Of a stretch of DNA of 64,000 bases, positions 1 to 8,882 are shown one piece after another. The notes under the pieces are model-generated. The model was not told the DNA's origin. It saw nothing but the letters and a program-made list of their open reading frames with translations, and did no database searches. Numbering within the stretch: the stretch's first letter is position 1; each line of letters begins with the position of its first letter. The stretch comes from Minisyncoccota bacterium (GTDB taxonomy: Bacteria; Patescibacteriota; Minisyncoccia; Phycocordibacterales; SBAW01): positions 187,319-251,318 of the forward strand of contig DASZWN010000002.1 of the NCBI GenBank assembly GCA_035546575.1, in the 5' to 3' direction. A program made the position numbers and the translations under genes.

Positions 1-555
1 TCCGAGTTGAGCAGAAGCACCAGGTCGTACGCCTCCTTGTCGAGCGGGTTCTCCCACTCGCCGAGCACGTTACGCTGCGCCAGATCGAGCCGCGAGTCGA
101 GACGCTTCTGATGCCGCTGCATCCGAAAGATCTTGAGCCGACGCTCGAAAGGCATATTCATCGTCGCCACGATAGTAAACGCCAAGTGTTCGCGCTCCAG
201 AGGATTGAGGAGCTCCAGAGCACGACGACGGTGCTGCCCATTGTCGATCGAAAGGTAGGCATCACTGGGACCGGTCAGGGTCCGTGCAGCCTCGTCGTAG
301 AGCCAACCGCCACCCAGGTCGCCCTGAATCGCTTCCAGCCAGATCATAGAGTGATCGATCATCGCCTGGGCGATATTCGTCGCATGATCTTCGTCGAGCT
401 TGCGGTTGACCCCGTTGGGATCCGTACCGAAGCGTTCCACCTTGCCGACCGTCACAAGCTGCTCGGCCGCGATGGAGAACATGAACACCCTGTCGCCGTG
501 CTGCTCCAGGACATTCACATTCGAGATAACGAGATTCCCCTTATCGTTAGTCATG
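1..555 (-). CDS. DGQHR-domain protein (DndB/DpdB-like, ParB/Srx fold), N-terminal part; C-terminus lies beyond the window edge
   Basis: Minus-strand translation from the ATG at 555 gives MTNDKGNLVISNV...NGVNRKLDEDHATNIAQAMID...AYLSIDNGQHRRRALELL. This contains the QR...DGQHR signature and extends past position 1. An upstream RBS-like GAGAGGAAA is present. The ORF was not in the supplied track because it has no in-window stop. Confidence 0.6.
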
Positions 556-731
556 GTTGCCAATTTCCTCTCAAGTTGGCGGGTTTAGGGATAGTTGCTC
601 AGCGGAGTATCGAGGGTCAGGTGAGGTACCTTACGCGACCTGTTCTGATTTCCAAGGAGCTAACTGTCTTCTACACTAATAGACTTATTGATGATTGTCA
701 ATATATATTCGATCTTTTATGCTACGTGAAA

Positions 732-749
732 GGCCGCGCGGACGCGGCC
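732..749 (-). terminator. GC-rich hairpin GGCCGCG-CGGA-CGCGGCC downstream of the small minus-strand gene; a T-rich tail follows on the minus strand
   Basis: Perfect 7-bp stem seen in the sequence. The minus-sense tail is TTTCACGTAGCATAAAAG. Confidence 0.35.
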
Positions 750-766
750 TCAATTGTTGAAAATAA

Positions 767-1066
767 TTACCCGTTGGCGCCTGGGTCATGCGGTGCTAGC
801 GGTTTGATCTCGTCTTTCAATACGGTGAAGGTTGTTCCTTCAGAAAAGTGGAGTTGGACTAGTCGTAGAGTACCGCGACCAGCAACTTCGGCCGAAAGGA
901 CAAATCCGGGCTTTTTTTCGGCAAGGTGAACATCGGTGATGTCGTTGCGCGAAATGCGCTTGGTGCCGAGGGCTGCGGTTAACTTGGGGACAAAGTCTGC
1001 GCTAACCCTGCCCTGTCCATATGCGTGAGCGCATACGTAGCGAATTTTATCGTCAGTGACTTTCAT
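767..1066 (-). CDS. Small hypothetical protein (about 99 aa) immediately upstream of the DGQHR gene
   Basis: ORF-track frame, with start chosen at MKVTDDKIRYVCAHAYGQG. It is preceded by a strong RBS GGAGG placed 7 nt from the ATG. No recognisable domain. Confidence 0.5.
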   Translation of the reverse strand: MKVTDDKIRYVCAHAYGQGRVSADFVPKLTAALGTKRISRNDITDVHLAEKKPGFVLSAEVAGRGTLRLVQLHFSEGTTFTVLKDEIKPLAPHDPGANG

Positions 1067-1145
1067 CGGTACCCTCCAAAGATCTCTCCTTCGCGGATTA
1101 TATACCTGCCTATTTAAAAAAGCATTTCGCGTATATAATCGCCTG

Positions 1146-3116
1146 ATGAAGGCTAAAAAACTCGTCGGGTTCGACCTCAAAGATATAGACACCGTGGTGC
1201 GGCCGCAGGACGACTTTTACCACTACGCAAACGGTGGTTGGCTCAAGAAAAACAAAATACCGGACTCGGAGAGCCGCTGGGGCAGCTTTATTATCCTGCG
1301 CGTCGAGGCAGAAAAAAATCTCAAAAAAATAATCGACTCACTTCTTAAAAACAAAAACCTTAAGAAAGGCAGTGCCGGGCAACTCGTGGGTGATCTATAC
1401 CGCTCGGCTATCGACATGAAGACGCGCAACAAGCTCGGCGCTTCGCCGCTCGCGCATCTGCGCAGCCGGATTGCCCAGGTTTCGAACCGTGAGGATCTGC
1501 TTTCGCTTGTGGGCTACTTCCACAAGCTGGGCATCGACACGCCCTGGCACCTGGTTGTTGATCAAGACTCCAAAGACAGTACGAGATATGCGCTCCATAT
1601 CTACCAAGGCGGTCTTGGCCTCCCCGACCGCGACTATTATCTCAAAGACGAGGCCGAATTTGTACGCGTGCGCGCTGCCTACCGAGAGTACGTAACAAAA
1701 GTGTTCGAGTTGCTGGGCTACAAAAAGGCCGAGGCATACAAAAAGGTAGAAACAATACTGCGGCTCGAGACCCGCCTCGCGCAAGCATCGATGAGCAAAG
1801 AGGATAGCCGGGACGCAGAAAAAATCTATCACAAAAAGAGTCTTTCCCGACTTCAAAAGGAGTTCTCGAGCATTGTATGGAACAAGTATTTTAGTACTGC
1901 AAAATTACCGAAAGTCCCATATGTGATTGTGGCGCAACCAAAATTTGTGGAGGCCGCTACGCATCTTATCGAAAATGGCTCGATCGACGACTGGAAAGTG
2001 TACTTAGAGTGGCATCTTGTAGGCGACGCTGCGACACTGCTTTCAGACTCTTTTTACAAAGCAGCGTTCAAATTCTCTCAGACCCTCACGGGTGCCAAAA
2101 CCATGAAGCCGCTTTGGCGTCGCGCGCTCGCAGCCGTAAACGGCGGGTTAGGAGAGCCTTTGGGACAAATGTACGTAGCAAAATATTTTGACCAGGCAAA
2201 GAAGCGCAAAATGGATACGCTCGTTAGCAACCTGTTTGCGGTCTACGAGGAGCGGATCAAGGCACTCGACTGGATGAGCCCGGCCACCAAGCGCAAAGCG
2301 GTTGCAAAGCTGCGCATGATCACGCGCAAAATAGGCTACCCAAGGGTGTGGAAGTCGTACAAAGGGCTGGTCATTAAGCCGCAAGAGTATTTTGAGAATA
2401 TCATGCGACTCACCGAGTTTGAGTATCGCCGGCAGATAAAAAAACTTACGCGCAAGTCGGTAGACCGCGGAGAGTGGTTTATGAGCCCGCAAACCGTTAA
2501 TGCCTATTGTAACTTTAACCTCAACGAGATTGTCTTCCCTGCCGCAATTCTCCAGCCGCCGTTCTTTAACTTTGCTGCGGATGACGCCTTTAACTACGGC
2601 GGCATAGGTGCGGTGATCGGCCACGAAGTAACCCACGCATTCGACGACCAGGGCGCCAAGTTTGACGGCCACGGCAACATGAAGACCTGGTGGCTCCCCA
2701 AGGACAAAAAGCAGTTTGAGCAGAAGGGTAAAATCCTTGTCGAGCAATACAATGGCTTTAGCGTAGCCGACGGGGTACAAGTAAACGGCCAATTAACGCT
2801 CGGCGAGAATATTGCCGACCTGGGCGGGCTCGTGATCGGCTACGATGCCTACCAAAAGCATCTTAAAACAGCGGGGCGAGAAGATATTGCCGGCCTCACC
2901 CCGGAACAGCGCTTCTTCTTGGGTTTTGCGCAGGTGGAGCGCGAGCTCGATAGGCCGGAGAGCATCAAAACCCGCACGCTCACCGACCCGCATTCGCCCT
3001 CGGAGTTTCGGATCAACGGCCCGCTCGCACATTTTGAGCCGTTTTACGAAGCGTACGGAGTCACCCCAAAAGACAAGCTCTACCGCGCTCCGAAAGACCG
3101 CGCGAAGATTTGGTAG
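1146..3116 (+). CDS. pepO: M13-family zinc metallopeptidase (PepO/neprilysin-like endopeptidase)
   Basis: HEVTHAFD zinc motif, an ENIADLGG motif, and N-terminal DDFYHYANGGW typical of the M13 family. Start chosen at MKAKKLVG. A TATAAT at 1134-1139 lies 6 nt upstream of the ATG, suggesting a leaderless transcript. Confidence 0.88.
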   Translation: MKAKKLVGFDLKDIDTVVRPQDDFYHYANGGWLKKNKIPDSESRWGSFIILRVEAEKNLKKIIDSLLKNKNLKKGSAGQLVGDLYRSAIDMKTRNKLGASPLAHLRSRIAQVSNREDLLSLVGYFHKLGIDTPWHLVVDQDSKDSTRYALHIYQGGLGLPDRDYYLKDEAEFVRVRAAYREYVTKVFELLGYKKAEAYKKVETILRLETRLAQASMSKEDSRDAEKIYHKKSLSRLQKEFSSIVWNKYFSTAKLPKVPYVIVAQPKFVEAATHLIENGSIDDWKVYLEWHLVGDAATLLSDSFYKAAFKFSQTLTGAKTMKPLWRRALAAVNGGLGEPLGQMYVAKYFDQAKKRKMDTLVSNLFAVYEERIKALDWMSPATKRKAVAKLRMITRKIGYPRVWKSYKGLVIKPQEYFENIMRLTEFEYRRQIKKLTRKSVDRGEWFMSPQTVNAYCNFNLNEIVFPAAILQPPFFNFAADDAFNYGGIGAVIGHEVTHAFDDQGAKFDGHGNMKTWWLPKDKKQFEQKGKILVEQYNGFSVADGVQVNGQLTLGENIADLGGLVIGYDAYQKHLKTAGREDIAGLTPEQRFFLGFAQVERELDRPESIKTRTLTDPHSPSEFRINGPLAHFEPFYEAYGVTPKDKLYRAPKDRAKIW

Positions 3117-3122
3117 TTTATA

Positions 3123-3197
3123 GCGAATATCTTTTAAAAAAGAGTGCACTCTGGCAAGTGACGGCCAAGTCTAACCCTCTTTTTTAAAAATATTCGC
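3123..3197. repeat. Near-perfect 21-22 bp inverted repeat (GCGAATATCTTTTAAAAAAGAG / CTCTTTTTTAAAAATATTCGC) flanking a 32-bp loop between convergent pepO and ung
   Basis: Read directly from the sequence. One indel separates the two arms. Confidence 0.6.
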
Positions 3198-3202
3198 AAA
3201 GA

Positions 3203-3871
3203 CTAAAGCCAGTCAATTGGTTTTTTGCCTTGCTTAACCAAGTAGTTGTTTGCTTTGCTGAATGGTTTTGAGCCAAAAAAACCGTTGTAGGCCGAGAATG
3301 GCGATGGGTGCGGAGATTCTATGACTAGATGTTTTGAGCGATCAATCCTCGCTCCTTTAGTGCGTGCATAGTTACCCCACAAGATAAACACTAAGTGCTC
3401 CCGCTGGTCCGAGAGCGCTGCAATAGCCGCGTCGGTAAACTGCTCCCAGCCCTTGTTTTGGTGTGATCCGGCCAAATGTGCTCGTACGGTAAGAGTTGCA
3501 TTTAAAAGGAGTACTCCTTGTTCTGCCCAACGAGTTAGATCGCCGCTTGTATGCACCATGGGTTTGCCCAAATCGTTCTCGATCTCTTTAAAAATATTCT
3601 GGAGGCTCGGTGGCAAGCGCATCCCCTCCTCTACTGCAAAAGAAAGACCGTTAGCTTGTTTAGGACCGTGATACGGGTCTTGGCCCAAAATCACGACCTC
3701 TACTTTTTCAAACGGGCAGAGTTGGAATGCCCTGAATATATTTTTTGGCGCGGGATATACGGCGCCGTTTTTATACTCGCTTTTTACAAAATCAGTAAGC
3801 TCCTTGAAGTACTCTTTACCAAACTCCTGCTCCAAATGTTGTTTCCAAGAAGCCTCGATCTTTACGTCCAT
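3203..3871 (-). CDS. ung: Uracil-DNA glycosylase (family 1)
   Basis: GQDPYH motif and overall UNG-like sequence (HPSPFSA, LLLNA). Confidence 0.9.
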   Translation of the reverse strand: MDVKIEASWKQHLEQEFGKEYFKELTDFVKSEYKNGAVYPAPKNIFRAFQLCPFEKVEVVILGQDPYHGPKQANGLSFAVEEGMRLPPSLQNIFKEIENDLGKPMVHTSGDLTRWAEQGVLLLNATLTVRAHLAGSHQNKGWEQFTDAAIAALSDQREHLVFILWGNYARTKGARIDRSKHLVIESPHPSPFSAYNGFFGSKPFSKANNYLVKQGKKPIDWL

Positions 3872-3875
3872 GGTT

Positions 3876-4172
3876 CTATAGTATCGCGCCTTCTTTTTTG
3901 AGGAGCGCGCGTTTTGCTTTTTCGCCGCCGCGGTTGTAGTTGCCTATCTTCCCGTCCGACCGGATCACACGGTGGCACGGTATGTTTTTGTCAAAATTCT
4001 GCGACATGTAAAACCCCACCGCCCGAGACGCTTTTGCGTTGCCTGCCTTTTTAGCAACTACGGCATAGGTCATAACCTGTCCCTTGGGGATTTTGGCAAC
4101 GACTGCGAGCACTCGCTTGCGGAAATCGCTTACTTTTTTAGAAGAGTTCTGCTGTCGTGGGCTCTTTTGCAT
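3876..4172 (-). CDS. Methylated-DNA-protein-cysteine methyltransferase DNA-binding domain protein (Ogt/MGMT C-terminal domain, standalone 98 aa)
   Basis: PCHRV active-site motif with the cysteine retained, plus HTH-like context. Confidence 0.75.
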   Translation of the reverse strand: MQKSPRQQNSSKKVSDFRKRVLAVVAKIPKGQVMTYAVVAKKAGNAKASRAVGFYMSQNFDKNIPCHRVIRSDGKIGNYNRGGEKAKRALLKKEGAIL

Positions 4173-4977
4173 CTTTTTTTGCTAATTTTTTAATCGCTGG
4201 GACTTTTTGCGGCGCTTTTTGCGAGGCTTGGTAGAGCGCTTTGCCCGCAGCTTGGCGATAGCGGCAGTAGTCGCAGTCATCGCTCGCCGCAGGAATCTGG
4301 TCAGAATCCAGACACTCTTTAAGCTTGGTAAGAGTTGGCTCGACCCAATCGGTTTTGCCCGTGTATGCAATAAGCGTTATATCAAACTCAAGCTTGCCGT
4401 CGAACGCTTCTTTGTCTTTAGACGCATTCGCGTATACAAAGTAGCCCGTGTCAGAAACTTTAAACCCCTTTTGACGCAGCAACCATTGATATATTTCCAT
4501 CTGGCGCTTATAGCCATCGTGCCAGTCCTGGTCGAGCGCCTCGATCTTGCTGTCTTTGCTCGTGGACTTATAGTCAACGACTATCAGCTCGCCTGCGGGG
4601 TTTACCCAAACATCGTCTACTGCTCCCGCGATAGTAAAACCCGTCGGCGTGTGTTGTATCTCAACTCCTTTAAAGTTTTCGCGCCAGGTGTCCATCTCGG
4701 CGTGCGCATAGGGCACCGCATCAATGCCATACGCTTTCATAAGCGGGTGTGGTGTTTTACCGTCGCGATGTATATCAAACTCTTTTTTAAGGAGTGCATC
4801 GACAGCGCTGTTGAGGTTAAATGGGAAGCCGGGCGGGCGGGCGGTCCCGAGTTTGTTGTCGAGATAAAAACAGCGCTGACACTCCAAAAAGAGTGCTATT
4901 TTTGAGCGCGAAAGGCGCCATTTTGGCCCGCCATAGTTCCAGTCCGGTTTGCGCTCGGGCTTGTAATAGAGGCTCAT
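4138..4977 (-). CDS. PD-(D/E)XK nuclease with 4-Cys cluster (Cas4/RecB-like family)
   Basis: VVDYKST motif (D..D/E.K nuclease core), N-terminal CQRC and C-terminal CDYC cysteine pairs. The start may be internal because the ORF overlaps the upstream gene by 35 nt. Confidence 0.65.
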   Translation of the reverse strand: MSLYYKPERKPDWNYGGPKWRLSRSKIALFLECQRCFYLDNKLGTARPPGFPFNLNSAVDALLKKEFDIHRDGKTPHPLMKAYGIDAVPYAHAEMDTWRENFKGVEIQHTPTGFTIAGAVDDVWVNPAGELIVVDYKSTSKDSKIEALDQDWHDGYKRQMEIYQWLLRQKGFKVSDTGYFVYANASKDKEAFDGKLEFDITLIAYTGKTDWVEPTLTKLKECLDSDQIPAASDDCDYCRYRQAAGKALYQASQKAPQKVPAIKKLAKKDAKEPTTAELF

Positions 4978-4994
4978 CGAGCCATTCTACCCTA

Positions 4995-5474
4995 TTAGTC
5001 TGAAGACGTCCCGTATCTATCTCTCAGCATGTTTTCCAGCTTAAGGAAGAGGGTGAAGATAATCAGACCCATAACCGTTGCCGCAAGACCGAGCAGGTAG
5101 AGCTCGAAAGCGCACGCAACGCCTATTGCCGCAGCCAGCCAGATGCCGGTTGCCGTAGTGAGCTCTACCGGGTGCTCGCCGCGGAATACCGCGAGGCCCG
5201 AGCCGATAAAACCCACTCCGATGATGACGGAGCTTGCAAGAGCAAGCGGCGTCACGCTCGCAAAGAAGCTGAATTGCAGACTTGCGAGTATGCCGACGGT
5301 TACAAACAGGCAGGAGCCCATAGCGACAAGCGCATAGGTACGCATACCAGCGTGTTTGCCTGCAATGGAGCGCTCAAGCCCAAGGACAGCCCCGAGTACT
5401 GCAGCTATTACGAGTGTTCCCACGAAGTGCACTTCTGAGAACGGGAGCAGTGCTGCAGTACTGACGGGTTCCAT
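4995..5474 (-). CDS. MgtC/SapB family membrane protein
   Basis: GLERSIAGKHAGMRTYALVAMGS signature of the MgtC family, with 4-5 TM segments. Confidence 0.8.
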   Translation of the reverse strand: MEPVSTAALLPFSEVHFVGTLVIAAVLGAVLGLERSIAGKHAGMRTYALVAMGSCLFVTVGILASLQFSFFASVTPLALASSVIIGVGFIGSGLAVFRGEHPVELTTATGIWLAAAIGVACAFELYLLGLAATVMGLIIFTLFLKLENMLRDRYGTSSD

Positions 5475-5483
5475 AAAGAATTA

Positions 5484-6182
5484 TTAGTTGGTCTTAAAGC
5501 TCGACCAAAGAGCACTGCCTGATGCGTCGGTTACCGGCTTATCGAGCGTGAGCGACAGCATATGATCGCCATCGTCTACGCGCTCGCCAAGTATGTATGT
5601 CTGAGCAGCCTGCGTTGCGCGCAAAAGCGGAATCGTAATGCCTTTGCCGTTATTTTCCGGGAAGAACATCGAGGCGCCGAGTATGCGCACTGGCTGACCA
5701 TTTGACGACTCGTATACGACAAGCCATGTAGGAACCGATACTGTTGCCGATGTCACAACCACCTGCATGCCCGCCGCCTGTGTTGCTACAGAAAGGCTGC
5801 CTGACGGGAGCATGCTGTTGCCTGTTGCTACGGAGCCAGACGGTTGCGAGCTTGAACTTGTGCTTGGCGTAGTCGTTGCTGTGTCGCTCGTGTCAGAAGT
5901 ACTCGAGCCCGCAGAAGTAAACCAGATCGTAGTAATGAGCGCCCCGATGATAAGTCCTGCGATAAAACCGCCGACTACCCGCGACGTGCTGTGTTGAGCC
6001 GAAGGCATGCTACTCGTGACTCCCGTACTCGACTTCATTGGCTGCGCTGGAGCTGCTGTCGGCCGTACTGATGCCGGTGTAGTAGTAAAACCGCTTGGAG
6101 CGCTTGCGGGCTTAGACTGCGTTTGAGTAGACGCTGCGGGCTGCGACCACGACAGGCCGCTTTGCTTCTTTTGTTCTTCCAT
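5484..6182 (-). CDS. Ser/Thr-rich membrane-anchored hypothetical protein
   Basis: ORF with a single TM segment (VVGGFIAGLIIGALITTIWF), low-complexity S/T-rich flanks and a C-terminal globular part. Confidence 0.5.
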   Translation of the reverse strand: MEEQKKQSGLSWSQPAASTQTQSKPASAPSGFTTTPASVRPTAAPAQPMKSSTGVTSSMPSAQHSTSRVVGGFIAGLIIGALITTIWFTSAGSSTSDTSDTATTTPSTSSSSQPSGSVATGNSMLPSGSLSVATQAAGMQVVVTSATVSVPTWLVVYESSNGQPVRILGASMFFPENNGKGITIPLLRATQAAQTYILGERVDDGDHMLSLTLDKPVTDASGSALWSSFKTN

Positions 6183-6197
6183 AACTGTTATCGCTTA

Positions 6198-6224
6198 CAA
6201 AAAACTGATAATGATTACTATCAG
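6198..6224 (-). terminator. Intrinsic terminator (hairpin CTGATAGTAATCATTATCAG followed by a T6 run on the minus strand) after the ATP-cone/Mrr gene
   Basis: 6-bp perfect stem plus TTTTTTG seen on the minus strand. Confidence 0.5.
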
Positions 6225-6252
6225 CTGGTTCCCCTGTGTACGAACCTCTCTA

Positions 6253-7062
6253 TCATATATCACTCCCTGGCACGCACAACGCGCCAACCTCCTCTAACAC
6301 CTTGTCGGCACGAGGCCCTACCACGCCTGCCTTTGAGAGCGCCTCCGTCTTTTCAGGCAATGCATTACACAACACCACACGCTCGCTCAGCAGAGCCGTT
6401 TTCTCGTGGTTTGAGAGACTGGTGAGCGCAGTGACCGGGTAGAGCTTTGCTTGGTCGATCCGGTCGTGCAGATTATTGCCCTGGGGATAATCCCACCCCA
6501 AAAGCTCAAGGCCGGCGCACTCAGCGTACTGTATTGCCTTGGTCGTGAATTTTGTATTAGTTACAACCAGGCCTCTTCCCTCACCAATATCGTCGACACG
6601 GGCTTTTACATAGAGCACTGTCTTGAGATCGGTTTTAAATCCCGCGGCATTGTGGAACTTTGCCTCCACAAATATCTTGTCGCTCCCTTTTGTAAGCACT
6701 ACATCAACCTCGTGTTCAACGCATCTGCCTTTTATGATTTGATCTATTTTTGCCTCATACCCTTGAGTGCGAAATAATTCGGCGACATAGGCCTCAAACG
6801 GAAACCCCGACGGGCCAAAGTCGAGCAGTGCGCGCTTGAGGCTGTAGCGCGCGGCAACCGTGTGCTTAACCTCGCGCAGATGTGCGAATGCGCGCGAGTA
6901 AATCTCCTGTGTGGTAATGCCGCTCCACAGCTGGCGCTCTATATCGTCTGCAACGCGCTGCGCAATATCCGGCTGCGCGCCCGCGCGCCGGAGCGATGCG
7001 ATAAGTTTCTGAGAGTCGAATGGCTCGCTGGTGCCGTCGGCTTTAGCAACAATAATACTCAT
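6253..7062 (-). CDS. ATP-cone domain fused to Mrr-like restriction endonuclease domain
   Basis: N-terminal ATP-cone (IVAKADGTSEPFDSQKLIASL...) and C-terminal PD-(D/E)XK Mrr_cat-like core (EVDVVL...FVEAKF). Confidence 0.72.
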   Translation of the reverse strand: MSIIVAKADGTSEPFDSQKLIASLRRAGAQPDIAQRVADDIERQLWSGITTQEIYSRAFAHLREVKHTVAARYSLKRALLDFGPSGFPFEAYVAELFRTQGYEAKIDQIIKGRCVEHEVDVVLTKGSDKIFVEAKFHNAAGFKTDLKTVLYVKARVDDIGEGRGLVVTNTKFTTKAIQYAECAGLELLGWDYPQGNNLHDRIDQAKLYPVTALTSLSNHEKTALLSERVVLCNALPEKTEALSKAGVVGPRADKVLEEVGALCVPGSDI

Positions 7063-7065
7063 GCG

Positions 7066-8139
7066 TCACTGAATTGTAGCATCTTTGATGACGCCTCCGC
7101 CCAAGCAACGCTCCCCCCGATACAGCACCATAGACTGGCCAAGCGGGACATAGTGCGGTTCTTTAAGCTCGACCTTTATTTGCTCTCCGGTAACTACAAG
7201 CTCTGCCGGTATGAGCGTTTGGCGATAACGGAACCGGGCTTCACACACGCCTCCGTCAACCTCTCCGATAAAGTGTACGTGTTCCAGATGTACTGAAGTG
7301 TTGCTGGCACCGTGCGGAAATTTAGATGCCGAGACCGTAATAGTATTGGCCAGCGTATTTTTGGATATCACAAAATGTGCTGGCACCTCGGGCCCCGCCA
7401 GAAACAGAGTGAAACCGTGCCGCTGCCCCAAGGTATAGAGCTCGCTGCCCTGGTGTACGCCAATAATCTCGCCCGCTTCCGAAAGTACATCGCCTGGTTT
7501 AGGCGCTACCTCGCGCTCAAGCATGTCCTCAAGCGATATATCGCCTAGAAAACAGAGTCCTTGGCTGTCTGGGCGCTTTGCGTTGGGCAGGTCAAATTTT
7601 TTGGCTAAGCGGCGTACCTTCGACTTCTCGAGATTTCCGACGGGAAACAGCGTGTGACGCAGTGCGGTTTCGGATACTCCGTACAAAAAATAGCTCTGAT
7701 CCTTATTTGCGTCGCGGCTCATGAGCAGCTTCCCGTCTTCTATGCGCGCATAGTGCCCGGTTGCAACCATATCAGCGCCGCGCGAGCGGCAAAACTCAAA
7801 AAATATACCGAATTTTATCTTTTCGTTGCACAGCGTGTCAGGGTTGGGGGTCTTGCCCAGTCTGAACTCTTCGATGGCGGGCTGAAATACCTCGCGCTCA
7901 TACTCGCGCGACAAATCTACCTCGATAAACGGTATCCCGAGGTGCGCTGCAACCCGCATTGCCTCTATGCGGTCGCGTGCGGCCGGGCATGGGTAGCCCG
8001 GGATCTGGATCTTGATAAATACGCCTGTCACGTCCCACCCTTCTTTTTGAAGCAGCGCCGCAGACACTGCAGAATCTACACCGCCGGAGATACCCACGTA
8101 CACCCTGCCTTTCTTTTTCTGTGTTAGTAAACCAAACAC
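7066..8139 (-). CDS. mnmA: tRNA-specific 2-thiouridylase MnmA
   Basis: PP-loop GISGGVDSAV plus overall MnmA/TrmU similarity. Confidence 0.9.
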   Translation of the reverse strand: MFGLLTQKKKGRVYVGISGGVDSAVSAALLQKEGWDVTGVFIKIQIPGYPCPAARDRIEAMRVAAHLGIPFIEVDLSREYEREVFQPAIEEFRLGKTPNPDTLCNEKIKFGIFFEFCRSRGADMVATGHYARIEDGKLLMSRDANKDQSYFLYGVSETALRHTLFPVGNLEKSKVRRLAKKFDLPNAKRPDSQGLCFLGDISLEDMLEREVAPKPGDVLSEAGEIIGVHQGSELYTLGQRHGFTLFLAGPEVPAHFVISKNTLANTITVSASKFPHGASNTSVHLEHVHFIGEVDGGVCEARFRYRQTLIPAELVVTGEQIKVELKEPHYVPLGQSMVLYRGERCLGGGVIKDATIQ

Positions 8140-8189
8140 ATTTCGAGACTAGCGCACCGGTTCGCCGAGCGCAATCAAACCAATAGATA

Positions 8190-8822
8190 CTAGTGGACCG
8201 TCGTAGTGGCCGTTACCGAAACAGAGGTCGATGCGGTAGTGCCTGGCGTTGTAGTCGCGGTGCTTGTCGCGGTAGTAGTTGATTCAGTCGGCATGATCGG
8301 CGCCTCCGGAGTGTCGGACGGGACATACGTCGGCATCGTATTTTCCGAATTACCCGGGAGATACGAGCTGATAACCGAAGGGTTCATGTATACCCATGCA
8401 CCAACACCGCCAACACCCAACAGGAGGAGAAGTACTGCGAGTATCAAAATCCATCTGCCCGTGTGGCGCACAGCCACCGGTGCAGTCTTAAGCTCGGAGG
8501 CAGCCATCATGGGGCGAGGCGTAAGCGGGGCCATAGACGCTGCAGTCGGAATCTGACCGCCCATCGGAGCCTGTGCTGCGGGAGTAACGGGATTAATTGC
8601 AGTGCCTGGTACAGCCGTAGGCGGAGTTAGTACGCGTGGGGCAACCGGTCCTGGAGCTGCAGGCGCTGGCGGAGGAGTCTTTACGCCCTCGATAGCCATA
8701 AACGCCTCGTTTGCATCTTGTGAGCTCCAGCCGCCTTGCGCAAGCGCCTGCGTAATAGCATCTTTTGAGAGCCCCGCTGCACGTTGCGCTCGTACATACT
8801 CGAGAAGTTGCGGATTGATCAT
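8190..8822 (-). CDS. Pro-rich single-pass membrane protein, hypothetical
   Basis: ORF with an N-terminal helical domain, a PAPAAPGP linker, a TM segment (WILILAVLLLLLGVGG) and a Thr-rich C-terminus. Confidence 0.5.
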   Translation of the reverse strand: MINPQLLEYVRAQRAAGLSKDAITQALAQGGWSSQDANEAFMAIEGVKTPPPAPAAPGPVAPRVLTPPTAVPGTAINPVTPAAQAPMGGQIPTAASMAPLTPRPMMAASELKTAPVAVRHTGRWILILAVLLLLLGVGGVGAWVYMNPSVISSYLPGNSENTMPTYVPSDTPEAPIMPTESTTTATSTATTTPGTTASTSVSVTATTTVH

Positions 8823-8882
8823 AGTCTTTTATAGTATCCCACGCATACATAGAGCCATCAAGTTTCTTCTATCCACATACGT

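Noticed and set aside
111-929. 272-aa plus-strand ORF at the window start
   Set aside because: It runs anti-sense to the DGQHR-domain gene in GC-rich DNA, spans the intergenic hairpin and promoter region, and has no RBS or domain. Typical high-GC shadow ORF.
4207-4905. 232-aa plus-strand ORF
   Set aside because: Anti-sense to the PD-(D/E)XK nuclease gene. No motifs.
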